Part shown: positions 18,153 through 28,726 of the stretch, in pieces
Numbering within the stretch: position 1 is the first letter of the stretch
Layout: the number at the start of each line of letters is the position of its first letter
Assembly: GCA_964562615.1 (NCBI GenBank)
Contig: CAZLUD010000001.1
Coordinates: forward strand, 257,072 to 321,071
DNA: 64,000 nt
Source: an uncultured Candidatus Saccharibacteria bacterium
GTDB taxonomy: Bacteria; Patescibacteriota; Minisyncoccia; Phycocordibacterales; UBA12088
Direction: 5' to 3'
Made by a program: the position numbers and the translations under genes
Notes under the pieces: generated by a model
What the model saw: only the letters and a program-made list of their open reading frames with translations
What the model was told of the DNA's origin: nothing
The model's database searches: none

Positions 18153-20105
18153 CTAATTAGCTATTGTCACCACTTCATCAATAATAGTTTCCTTTTTCTT
18201 TGGGGTAATGCCGTTTTCTTTTAGGAGCATTTCAAACTCTTCTCTCTCTAGTGTTTCTACTTCAATAAGTCTTTTTGCAATCGCATCGAGTACTGGTCGG
18301 TGCTTGTGTATCACTTCCTTAGCTCGCTCCATTGCTCCGTTTACCAAGCTTGATACTTCTTCATCAATAAGCGCACTTACCTTTTCTGAGTACTCCTTTT
18401 CGTACATGGTCTTTCCGTATAGTGGTTGACCGTTTTCACTCTCAAGCGCAACAGGGCCAAGCGAGTCACTCATACCCCAACGAGTAACCATGTTACGAGC
18501 CAGGCTTGAGACGTGCTGTATATCCGCTGAAGGGCCTGTCGTAAGGTCACCAAACACTTCTCGCTCGGTAACATAGCCGCCTAGTGCCATTGCCATATCA
18601 TCAAGGAATTCTTTCTTTGAGTGCATCTTTTTATCCTCAAACGGAAGCTTGAGTACATACCCCGCCGCGCGCCCACGCGAGATAATAGAAATTTTATGTA
18701 CTGGATCAGCGTGTGGAAGCACACTCGCAACAAGCGCGTGTCCTGCCTCATGATAAGCGGTGATCTCTTTTTCTTTCTTTGAAAGAATGTGGCTCTTTCG
18801 CTCAGGGCCAAGCATCACCTTTTCGATAGAGCGGATAAGGTCGTACTGGGTTACTTCTTTTCTATTTTCTCTCGCAGTGAGAATTGCCGCCTCATTCATA
18901 AGTGAGTACAGCTCTGCCCCAGAAAATCCTGGTGTTCGTTCAGCGATAACCTTTAGATTAGCATCAGCGTGAAGTGGCTTTTTCTTTGCGTGCACAAGCA
19001 GTATCTGCTCTCTGTCCTTTCTATCTGGAAGGTCAATAGTAACTCGTCTATCAAATCTTCCAGGACGCAAAAGTGCAGGGTCAAGTACATCAGGGCGGTT
19101 AGTTGCAGCCATGACTATCACCTTTTCATTTGGCTCAAAGCCATCCATCTCGACGAGTATTTGGTTAAGGGTCTGCTCTCGTTCATCATTACCTCCCCCC
19201 ACACCAGTACCTCGCACGCGACCTACTGCATCAATCTCATCAACAAAGATAATCGCTGGCGCGCTCTTTTTAGCCATATCAAAAAGATCTCGCACACGAC
19301 TCGCGCCCACGCCAACAAACATCTCAACAAACTCCGATCCTGATATAGAGAAGAACGGCACACCCGCCTCACCTGCTACTGCACGAGCAAGAAGTGTCTT
19401 TCCGGTACCTGGGGCACCCATAAGGATGATGCCTTTAGGAATACGCGCCCCGATTTCAAGAAACTTTTTAGGATTTTTGAGAAAGTCTACAATCTCCATA
19501 AGCTCTTCCTTTGCCTCTTTTGCTCCGGCTACATCTGCAAAGGTAACTCGTTGATTGCTATCATTAGGATCAATCATGCGCGCCTTGCTCTGCCCAAAGG
19601 AGAACGCCTGCATCCCTGCCCCACGTACCTGCCGTGCAAAAAACCACACCAAAAACAGAATCACTGCAACCAAAAAGAGTGATGGTGCAAGGGTGAGAAA
19701 CCAAAACTTAAAGCCAGACTCGCTTTTTATATCAACAGAAATTTTTGCGAGCGCTTCGGTAGTCACGCCGTAATTTTTTAGCGTGTCAGTGAGCGCGGTA
19801 TTTACTTCTTTCTTAGAAGTGAGTGATTTTTCTGCAGTGTCAGTAATGACTAGTTCGTCACCGCGCACTTCAATGGTAGCTATCTCTCCCGCGGCAATTT
19901 TTGTCGCAAGCTCGGACAGAGAGATTTCTTCAGACTTCACGCCTTGTTCGCTAAGATACGTAAAAATACTCACCGTGAGAAATAGTGCCAAAATCACTGA
20001 TACCACATTAAGCCAAAACTGATTCCCCGACCCCATTCCAGAGAGTGGAGAATTATCCTTTTTTTGTGTTGGGAGTTTTTTGCCTCCGCGTTGTTTTTCG
20101 CTCAT
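18153..20105 (-). CDS. ftsH: ATP-dependent zinc metalloprotease FtsH
   Basis: [27 protein letters not shown] motifs. Confidence 0.97.
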   Translation of the reverse strand: MSEKQRGGKKLPTQKKDNSPLSGMGSGNQFWLNVVSVILALFLTVSIFTYLSEQGVKSEEISLSELATKIAAGEIATIEVRGDELVITDTAEKSLTSKKEVNTALTDTLKNYGVTTEALAKISVDIKSESGFKFWFLTLAPSLFLVAVILFLVWFFARQVRGAGMQAFSFGQSKARMIDPNDSNQRVTFADVAGAKEAKEELMEIVDFLKNPKKFLEIGARIPKGIILMGAPGTGKTLLARAVAGEAGVPFFSISGSEFVEMFVGVGASRVRDLFDMAKKSAPAIIFVDEIDAVGRVRGTGVGGGNDEREQTLNQILVEMDGFEPNEKVIVMAATNRPDVLDPALLRPGRFDRRVTIDLPDRKDREQILLVHAKKKPLHADANLKVIAERTPGFSGAELYSLMNEAAILTARENRKEVTQYDLIRSIEKVMLGPERKSHILSKKEKEITAYHEAGHALVASVLPHADPVHKISIISRGRAAGYVLKLPFEDKKMHSKKEFLDDMAMALGGYVTEREVFGDLTTGPSADIQHVSSLARNMVTRWGMSDSLGPVALESENGQPLYGKTMYEKEYSEKVSALIDEEVSSLVNGAMERAKEVIHKHRPVLDAIAKRLIEVETLEREEFEMLLKENGITPKKKETIIDEVVTIAN

Positions 20106-20217
20106 ATAGGGCTTACTCTATCACAAACTCTCGTAGTTGCGAGCAATATATACTCGTTGAAAAGGGAGTGTATCTGTGGTATGGTACCCGATGTAGCTAT
20201 TTCTAATCGTATACGTT

Positions 20218-20820
20218 TTGAAACAAGAAGATCGAGTTCGCATTAATGAAAACATCCGAGCCAGTGAGCTTAGAGTAATTGCCGCCGATGGCGGTAATAT
20301 TGGTGTTATCTCCCTTAGTGAGGCGCTTGCTAAGGCTAAAGAAGCTGGGCTTGATCTTATCGAGATATCTCCCCTTGCCGTACCACCTGTAGCCAGAATC
20401 ATGGACTATGGAAAGTTTCAATATGAACAAAAGAAGAAAGCAAAAGAGATAAAGCAGCGATCAGTGGTTACTGAAACAAAGAACATGCAGGTAAAAATTG
20501 GTACCGGCGACCATGACAAAGAGCTTAAAGCGAGCAGAGTAGATGAATGGCTCAAAGAGGGTCACCGTATCAAAATCGACCTCTTCTTGTTTGGTAGATA
20601 TAAGTACATGGATGAAAAATTCCTTAAAGAGCGCTTGAATCAATTTATGACGGTAATAAAAGAACCGTACAAAATTGCCGAAGAAATGAAAAAGAGCCCA
20701 AAAGGCTATAGTCTCACCATAGAAAGAGACAAAGGAGGCAAGCGAAAGGTTGTTGAAGGGCAAGAAACCCCTGAAAATAACCCCTCAAAAGAGCCTACTC
20801 CTAACGGTGGACAAATATAA
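20218..20820 (+). CDS. infC: Translation initiation factor IF-3 (non-AUG start)
   Basis: RINENIRA, PPVARIMDYGKF motifs. Confidence 0.93.
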   Translation: MKQEDRVRINENIRASELRVIAADGGNIGVISLSEALAKAKEAGLDLIEISPLAVPPVARIMDYGKFQYEQKKKAKEIKQRSVVTETKNMQVKIGTGDHDKELKASRVDEWLKEGHRIKIDLFLFGRYKYMDEKFLKERLNQFMTVIKEPYKIAEEMKKSPKGYSLTIERDKGGKRKVVEGQETPENNPSKEPTPNGGQI

Positions 20821-20910
20821 AAAATCGGGTATAGTGGGTAAGCTATATTTTGCTTATCTGTAGCGTTGATATAAAGCAATACAACAGGCAGTAGCAGTGC
20901 CAAAAACACT

Positions 20911-21114
20911 ATGAAGTCAAACAAATCATTCAGCAAAAGAATAAAGGTAACCCGAACTGGAAAGCTAATCACTAGAAAGATTGGCCAGGGTCACAATAAC
21001 TCAAAAGAATCTACAAGAGAGAAGCTAGCAAAAGGCAGAACTCAGCAGATTCAGATGACTGCTAAATCAAGAGCTCGATTCCTTCCGGGTCTTCCAGGTA
21101 AATCTAGTAAATAA
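20911..21114 (+). CDS. rpmI: 50S ribosomal protein L35
   Basis: KSFSKRIKVTRTGK; operon order. Confidence 0.9.
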   Translation: MKSNKSFSKRIKVTRTGKLITRKIGQGHNNSKESTREKLAKGRTQQIQMTAKSRARFLPGLPGKSSK

Positions 21115-21119
21115 TCACT

Positions 21120-21461
21120 ATGTCACGAGTAAAAAGAGGAACAACCAAATTAAAGAGTCGTCGCTATACCCTAGCAAAGATGAAAGGCGGCAGGTTTGGT
21201 ATTGGATCAAAAGAGCGAGCTACACAAGAGGCAATCTTTCATGCGGCAGAACATTCATTTAGCCACCGCAAGGATAAAAAGGGTGATTTCAGACGCCTTT
21301 GGACAGTACGCCTTAATGCCGCGCTCCGTCCCCTCAATTTTTCATATAGCGTCTTTATCAAGAAGCTAAAGACAAAAGAGATCGGCCTAAACCGAAAGGT
21401 ACTCTCAGAGATCGCGCAAGAATCTCCTGAAAGCTTCAAGCGAATCGTCTCTTCTCTCTAA
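21120..21461 (+). CDS. rplT: 50S ribosomal protein L20
   Basis: MSRVKRG, FRRLW..RLNAA, LNRKVLSEIA motifs. Confidence 0.95.
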   Translation: MSRVKRGTTKLKSRRYTLAKMKGGRFGIGSKERATQEAIFHAAEHSFSHRKDKKGDFRRLWTVRLNAALRPLNFSYSVFIKKLKTKEIGLNRKVLSEIAQESPESFKRIVSSL

Positions 21462-21479
21462 GAAATATCACTTCTCTCA

Positions 21480-21513
21480 ACAAAAACACGCACCACTAGG
21501 TGCGTGTTTTTGT
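21480..21513. terminator. Bidirectional terminator
   Basis: acaaaaacacgcacc-acta-ggtgcgtgtttttgt. Confidence 0.75.
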
Positions 21514-21882
21514 AAGTAGCCAAGCAATACCCCCACCAAAGAGCCCTACGCAAAGATCGAGTGTGGTATCAATAAAAAAGCCTGGCTCAATAGCATTTGC
21601 TATACCGCCATACAGCTCAAATATCTCCCAAAGCCCTGCAACCACGGCAACCACGCCGAAGGTTAGCATCCATTCTCGAGACTGAGTGACAAAGGTACCC
21701 TGAACCACATATCTACATAGCCACATGGTAGAGAGGCCAATAAAAAACCCTCCGAGAAAGTGCACCACAATATCAAACCACCAATATAGCCAATACCAGT
21801 AGTATACAAACGCACTATGGTGAAGTATCGCAATCACTAACGCCACCGCGAAAAGAGTCATGAGATGAACCGTTCTGGTCAT
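21496..21882 (-). CDS. Conserved membrane protein (D..HFLGG / WE.FE / DT..DL family)
   Basis: Motifs typical of VanZ/DUF2238-like proteins. Start ATG 21882 chosen. Confidence 0.7.
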   Translation of the reverse strand: MTRTVHLMTLFAVALVIAILHHSAFVYYWYWLYWWFDIVVHFLGGFFIGLSTMWLCRYVVQGTFVTQSREWMLTFGVVAVVAGLWEIFELYGGIANAIEPGFFIDTTLDLCVGLFGGGIAWLLTKTRT

Positions 21883-22096
21883 AGGTGCATAGTAACACAC
21901 GCAAAAGCCACTCAAAAGAGTGGCATCTACGTATCGCCAAACATATGTTGCCTTGGAAAAACAAGGTGGGCGATCGCAAACAAGAAGCAAACTTCTTGAA
22001 GATATAGACCAGCCCTAGGATATAACCAAGAAGGACAATATGTCTGGCGACAAGGCTAGTATACCATGATGCATACTAGGTCAATCTTCTAAAAAA

Positions 22097-22702
22097 CTAT
22101 TCAAGGATACCGTCAAGATTTACGTCGTACAGTATCTTTTCCCACACTGTTTTGTAATTCATGATGTCATTCTCTGAGAACCATACCTGAATTTCTCGCT
22201 CTGCCTCCTCTGGACTCTCAGAGCAGTGAATGAGATTTCGTACCGCCGAGCTTCGGTAGGTAGCGTGCGAGTAAGAGTCAACCGTAAGATCTCCTCGTAT
22301 GGTGCCTATATCTGCTGTTTTTGGCTCAGTAGTACCAACATGCTTAACCACTACACCTACTGCTTGATTTCCTTCTACTACTGCTGCAAGCACAGGGCCC
22401 GCAGTCATAAACTTCACATTACCCTCCATGATGTCTCTTCCGTACTCAATTGCTGGTTTATCAACCACCACACCACGGGCGGTAAGTTGCTCAACTACCC
22501 CCTGCCCTTTGCGCTCACACCATGCGTCATCTTTATTGTAGTGCGCTAATACCTGTTCGCGAGTAGGAACAAAAAACTTAAATGCGGTAAATTTTAGTCC
22601 AGTTCGCTCAATACGTGAGAGTACCTCTCCGACTAGTCCGCGCTGGATAGTGTCAGGCTTAAGAATAATAAGTGTTCGCTCTTTTTCAAATTGTCTATTC
22701 AT
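22097..22702 (-). CDS. ndk: Nucleoside diphosphate kinase
   Basis: ERTLIILKPD, GTIRGD, NLIHCS motifs. Confidence 0.93.
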   Translation of the reverse strand: MNRQFEKERTLIILKPDTIQRGLVGEVLSRIERTGLKFTAFKFFVPTREQVLAHYNKDDAWCERKGQGVVEQLTARGVVVDKPAIEYGRDIMEGNVKFMTAGPVLAAVVEGNQAVGVVVKHVGTTEPKTADIGTIRGDLTVDSYSHATYRSSAVRNLIHCSESPEEAEREIQVWFSENDIMNYKTVWEKILYDVNLDGILE

Positions 22703-22763
22703 GTATGTACTTACTAATTAATTGACCGCACTATAGCTAAAATTCTTATATATGTACAGACAG

Positions 22764-23534
22764 CTAGGCGGTTACCACCACTGGCTTGCCGTTTGTAATG
22801 ACTATGGTGTGTTCAAATTGCGCGCTTCGTGAACCATCTTTTGTACGAACCGTATACCCATCTCTATCGACAACAAAACGATTTTTACCCTCAATGACGA
22901 TAGGTTCAATGGCGAGCACCATATTTGGGACAAGACGAGCTCCCTTGCCAAATCCTGTGACATTTGGCACGTGCGGGTCTTCGTGGACTTTATACCCTAC
23001 CCCATGCCCTCCGTACTCCTCTGCCAAAGAAAACCCAGTGCCAATAACTGATTCTTCAATCGCATTACTGATATCACTTACATAATTATTTGGCAGCGCG
23101 GCCGCTATTGCCCTCTCGAGTGCTCGCTTGGTTACGGCAATAAGCGATGCGGCCCGCTCATCAATGTGACCTACCCCCACCGTTATGGTTGCGTCCACCA
23201 CTAAACCTTTTCGTACCAATCCCATATCCAACGAGACAATATCCCCCTCCTTAAGTATTTGTGGATTCTCATTTGGGATGCCGTGTACCACCACGTTGTT
23301 TATCGAGATACAGGCACTTGCAGGAAACGGCCTTGGAGCCCCTTGTGGTTTATAGTGTAAAAAGGCTGGTATATCTCCCTCTTTGCGAATAAGTGATTCC
23401 GCAAGATCATTTAACTCGTTAGTACTTACCCCAGCAACTGCAGCCTTGCCCACTTCATTGATTACTATCGCGAGGCGTTTGCCCGCGCTTTTGAGTATCT
23501 CTATCTCCTCAGGCTTTTTAAGAGAAATTGCCAT
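22764..23534 (-). CDS. map: Methionine aminopeptidase
   Basis: HGIP, GHGVG..HEDP, AIEP, AQFEHT motifs. Confidence 0.95.
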   Translation of the reverse strand: MAISLKKPEEIEILKSAGKRLAIVINEVGKAAVAGVSTNELNDLAESLIRKEGDIPAFLHYKPQGAPRPFPASACISINNVVVHGIPNENPQILKEGDIVSLDMGLVRKGLVVDATITVGVGHIDERAASLIAVTKRALERAIAAALPNNYVSDISNAIEESVIGTGFSLAEEYGGHGVGYKVHEDPHVPNVTGFGKGARLVPNMVLAIEPIVIEGKNRFVVDRDGYTVRTKDGSRSAQFEHTIVITNGKPVVVTA

Positions 23535-24126
23535 TTGCGAATTTTATCTTTGAGATTATTTCTTGATGAACCTCTTCCACAGAATTATTACCATGTATCT
23601 TTATAAGACGGTAATCATCGCGCCAATCATAGTAATCAATAATGGGGAGCACTCTTCCTCTGTACCATGCCAAACGCTCTTTGATACCCTCAGGGGAGTC
23701 ATCGTGGCGTCCTCGAGCGAGTAATCGCTCAAATGCAGTCTCATCATCTATATCAAGAAAGATAACAATGGCAGGTAGCCTATTATAAAACTTAAGGGCG
23801 GTGTGGAGTATTTGCGCTTCAAACAACGAACGAGGAAACCCATCAATAAGAATATGTTCAGAGCCACCAAAATTATGGATGAAGCCTTGCGACCAGAGAG
23901 ACACAGAAAGAAACTCTGGCTGAAGCTTTCCCTCTTCCATACTTTCCTTTACTAGCTTCGCGGTATAACTATCTCCCTCCATCATCTCTCTGAAACCAGC
24001 GCCCGTTTCAAATCGAAATACCGCCCCATCGGTGCTTTTTTCTTTGAGATACGCTTCTAGTAAATTGGCCTGTGTCCCCTTACCTGCGCCCTGCATTCCT
24101 ATGAATATTATTGTTTGAGCAACCAT
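23518..24126 (-). CDS. adk: Adenylate kinase (short LID)
   Basis: GMQGAGKGTQA, IDGFPR, RGRHDD motifs. Confidence 0.88.
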   Translation of the reverse strand: MVAQTIIFIGMQGAGKGTQANLLEAYLKEKSTDGAVFRFETGAGFREMMEGDSYTAKLVKESMEEGKLQPEFLSVSLWSQGFIHNFGGSEHILIDGFPRSLFEAQILHTALKFYNRLPAIVIFLDIDDETAFERLLARGRHDDSPEGIKERLAWYRGRVLPIIDYYDWRDDYRLIKIHGNNSVEEVHQEIISKIKFANGNFS

Positions 24127-24189
24127 ATGCCTACAATAGCAAAAAAGACGGCTTAATGAAACAGCAAAAATATGGTTTGATACTATAGT

Positions 24190-24756
24190 ATGAAGAAACA
24201 CATAATCACCATCGCCGGTAAGCCAGGAAGCGGAAAATCAACCACTGCTAATTTACTCGCTCAAACGCTAGGCTACGAACGATATTCTTCAGGTGATTTT
24301 ATGCGTACTATTGCGATGAATCACCACATGACCCTTGCCGAGCTTGGTGAGTATGCAAAAACCCATCCAGAAATAGATCTTGAGATTGATGCAGAAAATG
24401 TAAAAGCAGGTACAAAGGACAATATAGTTATCGACGCGCGTCTTGCCTTTCACTTTATTCCAGAGTCCTACAAAGTGTACCTTGATCTTGATTTAGTCCA
24501 ATCTGCGAGTCGTATTTATCACAACCAAACAGAAGCACGTGTACAAAGCGGCGAATCACCAAGCAGTGAAAAGGAGCTTGAAACTATGCTTCGTGAACGA
24601 CTAGAAAGTGAGCGTGAACGATATACCACACTCTATGGCATAAATCACCTCGACCTATCTAACTATGACTTGGTTATAAATACCGAAAAACTATCCACTG
24701 AGGAGATAGTTGATCAGATTATTCACGGCTACAACTCCTTTATAGAAAAAGAGTAG
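24190..24756 (+). CDS. cmk: Cytidylate kinase (type 2, archaeal-like)
   Basis: ITIAGKPGSGKST, SSGDFMR, ERERY..LYG, YDLVINT motifs. Confidence 0.82.
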   Translation: MKKHIITIAGKPGSGKSTTANLLAQTLGYERYSSGDFMRTIAMNHHMTLAELGEYAKTHPEIDLEIDAENVKAGTKDNIVIDARLAFHFIPESYKVYLDLDLVQSASRIYHNQTEARVQSGESPSSEKELETMLRERLESERERYTTLYGINHLDLSNYDLVINTEKLSTEEIVDQIIHGYNSFIEKE

Positions 24757-24760
24757 GTTC

Positions 24761-26044
24761 TTAGTACTCTCTGATTGAAAGCTGAGCCTCAACCTTTCTA
24801 ATGAGGTCAAGCACCACAGAAACCGCGATGAGTAGTGAGGTTCCTCCTATTGCAAAGGCGGTAATACCGGTTGCTGCCTGCATCGCAAGAGGGAGTACCG
24901 CGATAAGTCCAAGGAAGAGTGCGCTCACTAGTGTAAGGCGAGTAAGAATATCACCAATGTACTCTGATGTGCTTACACCAGGACGCACCCCAGGAACAAA
25001 CGCTCCTGACTTCTGGAGATTTTTTGCAATCTGGTCTGGGTCAAAGGTAACTGCGGTGTAGAAATAGGTAAAGATGAAGACAAGCACAAAGTAAATACCT
25101 GCATATACCCACTGATTTGCCAAAAATTCGGTTACTTTTGTACCTACGTTATTTATCCATGCAATACCGACTCCTTGCGCAAAGTTAAAGAGCATCTGAG
25201 GAAGAAGCAACATAGAGAGTGCAAAGATGATTGGGATCACTCCCGCTTGATTGAGGCGGATAGGAAGATAGGTAGATACTCCACCTGAAATCTGACCTGA
25301 GCGTGCCTGCTTTGCGTAGGTAATAGGAATTGGTCGTTCTGCCTCTGTGATAACCACCACCGCATACGTGATAATTATTGCCGCAAGGGTAAAGCCGAGG
25401 TACAGCGGAAGTTGTGACACATCAAACGAGAAGAGGAGTTGGTTAACGGTAGTAGGAAGGCTTGCCACAATACCCGCAAAGATAAGGAGCGATACACCGT
25501 TACCAATACCAAACTCAGTAATAAGCTCACCGAGCCACATAAGAAGAAGTGATCCTGCTGATATCACGAGTACGTTTACGACAAAGGTAAGAATGTCGGT
25601 ATTGGCAACAATGCCCTGTCTTGTAAGGAGTACAAGGAAACCAAATCCCTGAGTAAGCGCAAGTGGTACAGCAAGCCATCGTGAGTACATGGCAAACTTT
25701 TTTCTTCCGATCTCTCCTTCCTCGCTATAGAGCGCCTTGAGCTTTGGTGACATCACCGTAAGAAGCTGCATGATGATAGACGCGGTAATGTATGGAGAAA
25801 GTCCAAGCATCACGATAGAAAGGTTCGCGAGTCCACCTCCTGAAAAGATATTAAGCAATCCGAGGAATTGGTTGTTATTGAAAAACTCTTCTAGTGCTAC
25901 AACGTCAATACCTGGTATTGGGATAACGGCAAGCGCTCGAAATACGAGCAACATACCAAGCACAAACAACAATCTATTCCGTATGGATGGATCTTGTACT
26001 GCGAGTTTTAGCTTGTGTAGAAACGTTTTTATCATAGAAGCCAT
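24761..26044 (-). CDS. secY: Preprotein translocase SecY
   Basis: PYITASII, GIGNGVSLLIF, PGVRPG, GGTSLLI motifs. Confidence 0.97.
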   Translation of the reverse strand: MASMIKTFLHKLKLAVQDPSIRNRLLFVLGMLLVFRALAVIPIPGIDVVALEEFFNNNQFLGLLNIFSGGGLANLSIVMLGLSPYITASIIMQLLTVMSPKLKALYSEEGEIGRKKFAMYSRWLAVPLALTQGFGFLVLLTRQGIVANTDILTFVVNVLVISAGSLLLMWLGELITEFGIGNGVSLLIFAGIVASLPTTVNQLLFSFDVSQLPLYLGFTLAAIIITYAVVVITEAERPIPITYAKQARSGQISGGVSTYLPIRLNQAGVIPIIFALSMLLLPQMLFNFAQGVGIAWINNVGTKVTEFLANQWVYAGIYFVLVFIFTYFYTAVTFDPDQIAKNLQKSGAFVPGVRPGVSTSEYIGDILTRLTLVSALFLGLIAVLPLAMQAATGITAFAIGGTSLLIAVSVVLDLIRKVEAQLSIREY

Positions 26045-26046
26045 TC

Positions 26047-26499
26047 TTATGAGAGAATGGAGCCCCCTGCCTTGGTAATTGCCTCCTTTGCCGTTGCTGA
26101 AACTGCGCAGTTAGCAATCTGTAGCTTCTTAGTGAGTGTACCACGTCCAAGAATCTTTATAAGTGGGAGCTTCCCTTTTGTCCTTGGCACCATACCCTTT
26201 TTAAGGAGTGAAAGTGGAGATACAGAATCACCGGTAGCAAAATTCTTTTCTAGTGTATCGAGATTAACTGCAATAGCACGCTTTACCTCATTGTTTACTC
26301 CCTTCGCGCGATTAATACCGTGACCGCGAAGCTTTGGAAGCTTTTTGATCATATCTCGGATCTCAGGGCGAATTCGTGATCCAGCGCGTGCGGTCTGACC
26401 CTTGCCTCCCTTACCAGAAGTTTTTCCACGCTTTCCACCACGTCCTACTCGGCGTGCCTTCTTGTTTTCATTTACCCTTGAAAGATTGTGTAGCTGCAT
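26047..26499 (-). CDS. rplO: 50S ribosomal protein L15
   Basis: RVGRG..GKTSGKG.KGQ.AR motif. Confidence 0.95.
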   Translation of the reverse strand: MQLHNLSRVNENKKARRVGRGGKRGKTSGKGGKGQTARAGSRIRPEIRDMIKKLPKLRGHGINRAKGVNNEVKRAIAVNLDTLEKNFATGDSVSPLSLLKKGMVPRTKGKLPLIKILGRGTLTKKLQIANCAVSATAKEAITKAGGSILS

Positions 26500-26501
26500 A
26501 C

Positions 26502-27095
26502 TTATTTGGTTTTAAGTGCTTGAAGTGCCTCTATTGCAGCAACCGCATTGTTGAGCTTGTTCTTGCTGCGTGAAAGAATTTTTGAGGTGACATCGGTAAC
26601 TCCAGCAAACTCAAGTACGGTACGTACTGAGCTACCTGCCACTAGTCCGCGTCCTGGTGCTGGGCGAAGCTCAATAACAGATGAAGCGTACTTTGATCCA
26701 ACTGGATGAGGAATTGATTTTGTCTCTGTCATTGCAACAGTAATCATGTTCCTTTTGCACTCTCGTAGCGCCTTCTCGATAGCAAGTGCGGTGTCGCTTG
26801 CCTTTCCAGTACCTACACCGACTCTTCCGTTTCTGTCTCCTGCTACCATTGCAACAGAGAAGCTAAATCGTCTTCCTCCACCCATCACACGAGTAACGCG
26901 TCGTATGCTGATGAGCTTCTGATCAAATTCAGGACGAACCCGCTCTCTAGTACCACGTCGTGGTCGCTTTGGCATACGTCTGTTTCTAGGACGATCACCG
27001 TATGGAGCATCCTTAGGAGTACTCGCACTCTGAAGTGGCGGCGTCTGCGCTACGCCTTCGTTAGTACTAGTGATTGTTTTCGTTTCTTCTGTCAT
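26502..27095 (-). CDS. rpsE: 30S ribosomal protein S5
   Basis: RVTRV.GGGRRFSF motif; long N-terminal extension. Confidence 0.95.
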   Translation of the reverse strand: MTEETKTITSTNEGVAQTPPLQSASTPKDAPYGDRPRNRRMPKRPRRGTRERVRPEFDQKLISIRRVTRVMGGGRRFSFSVAMVAGDRNGRVGVGTGKASDTALAIEKALRECKRNMITVAMTETKSIPHPVGSKYASSVIELRPAPGRGLVAGSSVRTVLEFAGVTDVTSKILSRSKNKLNNAVAAIEALQALKTK

Positions 27096-27107
27096 ACGGA
27101 TGTGTAA

Positions 27108-27455
27108 TTAAAAATTGAGTCCTCCCTTACGAGCACCTTCAGCAAGCGCCTTTACTGCTCCGGTGTATATGTACCCACCTCTATCAAATACCACCGCAGT
27201 AACTCCAGCGGCCTTTGCATGCTTTGCCACCTCTTCTCCTACCACCTGTGCGCTCGCGAGCTTTGGTGTGGTCATTTTAAGTGATGATGCAGCAGCAAGA
27301 GTTATGCCCTTAGTATCATCTATTATTTGTGCGTAGATGTATCCGTTTGATTTATAGACAGAAAGTCGAGGACGTTCAGCTGAGCCAACAACCTTAGACC
27401 TAATTCGTCCTTGGCGTCTCTTTCTTGTTGCTGCTTTGTGAATGGTTTTTTTCAT
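27108..27455 (-). CDS. rplR: 50S ribosomal protein L18
   Basis: [13 protein letters not shown] motifs. Confidence 0.95.
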   Translation of the reverse strand: MKKTIHKAATRKRRQGRIRSKVVGSAERPRLSVYKSNGYIYAQIIDDTKGITLAAASSLKMTTPKLASAQVVGEEVAKHAKAAGVTAVVFDRGGYIYTGAVKALAEGARKGGLNF

Positions 27456-27458
27456 ATA

Positions 27459-27992
27459 CTATACGTTCTTCTTACCCTCCTTCATACGAACATACTCGCC
27501 CGAGTAACGAATACCCTTTCCCTTGTATGGTTCTGGCTTCTTTGTTGCGCGAATGTTTGCTGCAAATTGTCCAAGCGCATCTTTGTCTGCTCCAGAGATA
27601 GTGATTACGTTCTTTTCAATGGTTACGGTAAGACCTTTTGGAATATCAAAAATAACTGGGTGAGAAAATCCAAGCGCACACTTGATGGTGTTACCGACAA
27701 GCTCTGCCTTGTACCCCACACCTTGTACTTCAAGCTTCTTTTCAAATCCCTTGGTGACTCCTTCGATAAGGTTGGCGATGTGCGCCATGGTAGTACCCCA
27801 CATAGCTCGTGCAAAAAGAGTATCCACTGTTGGCTTTGCGGTTACCACGTTATTCTCCACACTCACTGCTATCTCGCTTCTCATTGGCTTTGTGAGTTCT
27901 CCTTTTGGACCTGCAACAACTATAGCCCCCTCCTTGAGGGTTATGGTGACACCTTGTGGTATCTGCAATTCTTGTTTACCGACTCTGCTCAT
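27459..27992 (-). CDS. rplF: 50S ribosomal protein L6
   Basis: MSRVGK start; PEPYKGKGIRY motif. Confidence 0.96.
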   Translation of the reverse strand: MSRVGKQELQIPQGVTITLKEGAIVVAGPKGELTKPMRSEIAVSVENNVVTAKPTVDTLFARAMWGTTMAHIANLIEGVTKGFEKKLEVQGVGYKAELVGNTIKCALGFSHPVIFDIPKGLTVTIEKNVITISGADKDALGQFAANIRATKKPEPYKGKGIRYSGEYVRMKEGKKNV

Positions 27993-27999
27993 ATTTGTA

Positions 28000-28395
28000 T
28001 TACCAGACTGTAAAGAGAGCTTCCCCTCCGACATTGCGCTTGCGCGCTTCTCTGTCTGAGAGTATCCCCTCTGGGGTTGATAGTATCATCGCACCGTACC
28101 CTTCTCTAACCTTATTGATCTCGTCTACCCCTTTGTACTCTCTGCGTCCCGGCTTTGAGTATCGCTTCATATCTGTCACCTTACTCTTACCATATTTATC
28201 ATACGCAAGGGTGATTGATAGTGCTGGCTTTCCTGCCTTCTCCGCCTTCTCCACTTTGCCTACGTAGCCAAGTGATGAAAGCGTATCAGCGATAGCATGC
28301 TTGAGTTTAGAATACGGTATTGTCACCATATCATGCTTCACCGCTGAAGCATTTTTTATTGTTACTAGCATTGCTGAAATTGGATCGGTCATCAT
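28000..28395 (-). CDS. rpsH: 30S ribosomal protein S8
   Basis: MTDPIS, SKPGRR, STPEG, VGGE motifs. Confidence 0.95.
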   Translation of the reverse strand: MMTDPISAMLVTIKNASAVKHDMVTIPYSKLKHAIADTLSSLGYVGKVEKAEKAGKPALSITLAYDKYGKSKVTDMKRYSKPGRREYKGVDEINKVREGYGAMILSTPEGILSDREARKRNVGGEALFTVW

Positions 28396-28396
28396 A

Positions 28397-28582
28397 TTAC
28401 CAGCTTGATTTCTTAATTCCAGGAATTTGACCTAGGTTAGCTAGCTCTCTAAAGCAGATTCGGCACATACCGAAGTCTCGCATATAGGCTCGTTTTCTTC
28501 CGCAACGAAAACACCGTCGCACTTCTCTAGTGCTAAACTTTGGTGTTTTTTCTGATCGGGCAATTACTGACTTTTTGGCCAT
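28397..28582 (-). CDS. rpsN: 30S ribosomal protein S14 (Zn-binding type)
   Basis: RCFRCGR…CRICFRE, KSSW. Confidence 0.95.
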   Translation of the reverse strand: MAKKSVIARSEKTPKFSTREVRRCFRCGRKRAYMRDFGMCRICFRELANLGQIPGIKKSSW

Positions 28583-28618
28583 ACGAAAATAAAACGCCTA
28601 CAAAAACGGCGTAGAGGC

Positions 28619-28647
28619 ATACTATCAAGCAAGTGCCCTAGTGTCAA
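28619..28647 (-). promoter_or_regulatory. Internal promoter upstream of rpsN
   Basis: TTGACA-N17-TAGTAT. Confidence 0.65.
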
Positions 28648-28675
28648 CGATTTATATCTAAAAAACACAAATACA

Positions 28676-28704
28676 AAACCGCCAAGAGTGTTCTTGGCGG
28701 TTTT
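28676..28704 (-). terminator. Terminator after rplE
   Basis: aaaaccgccaaga…tcttggcggtttt. Confidence 0.7.
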
Positions 28705-28726
28705 AGTATGCAGTGTAAGGATATTT

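Noticed and set aside
20200-20220. Non-AUG start of infC as a novelty
   Set aside because: This is well-established IF3 autoregulation.
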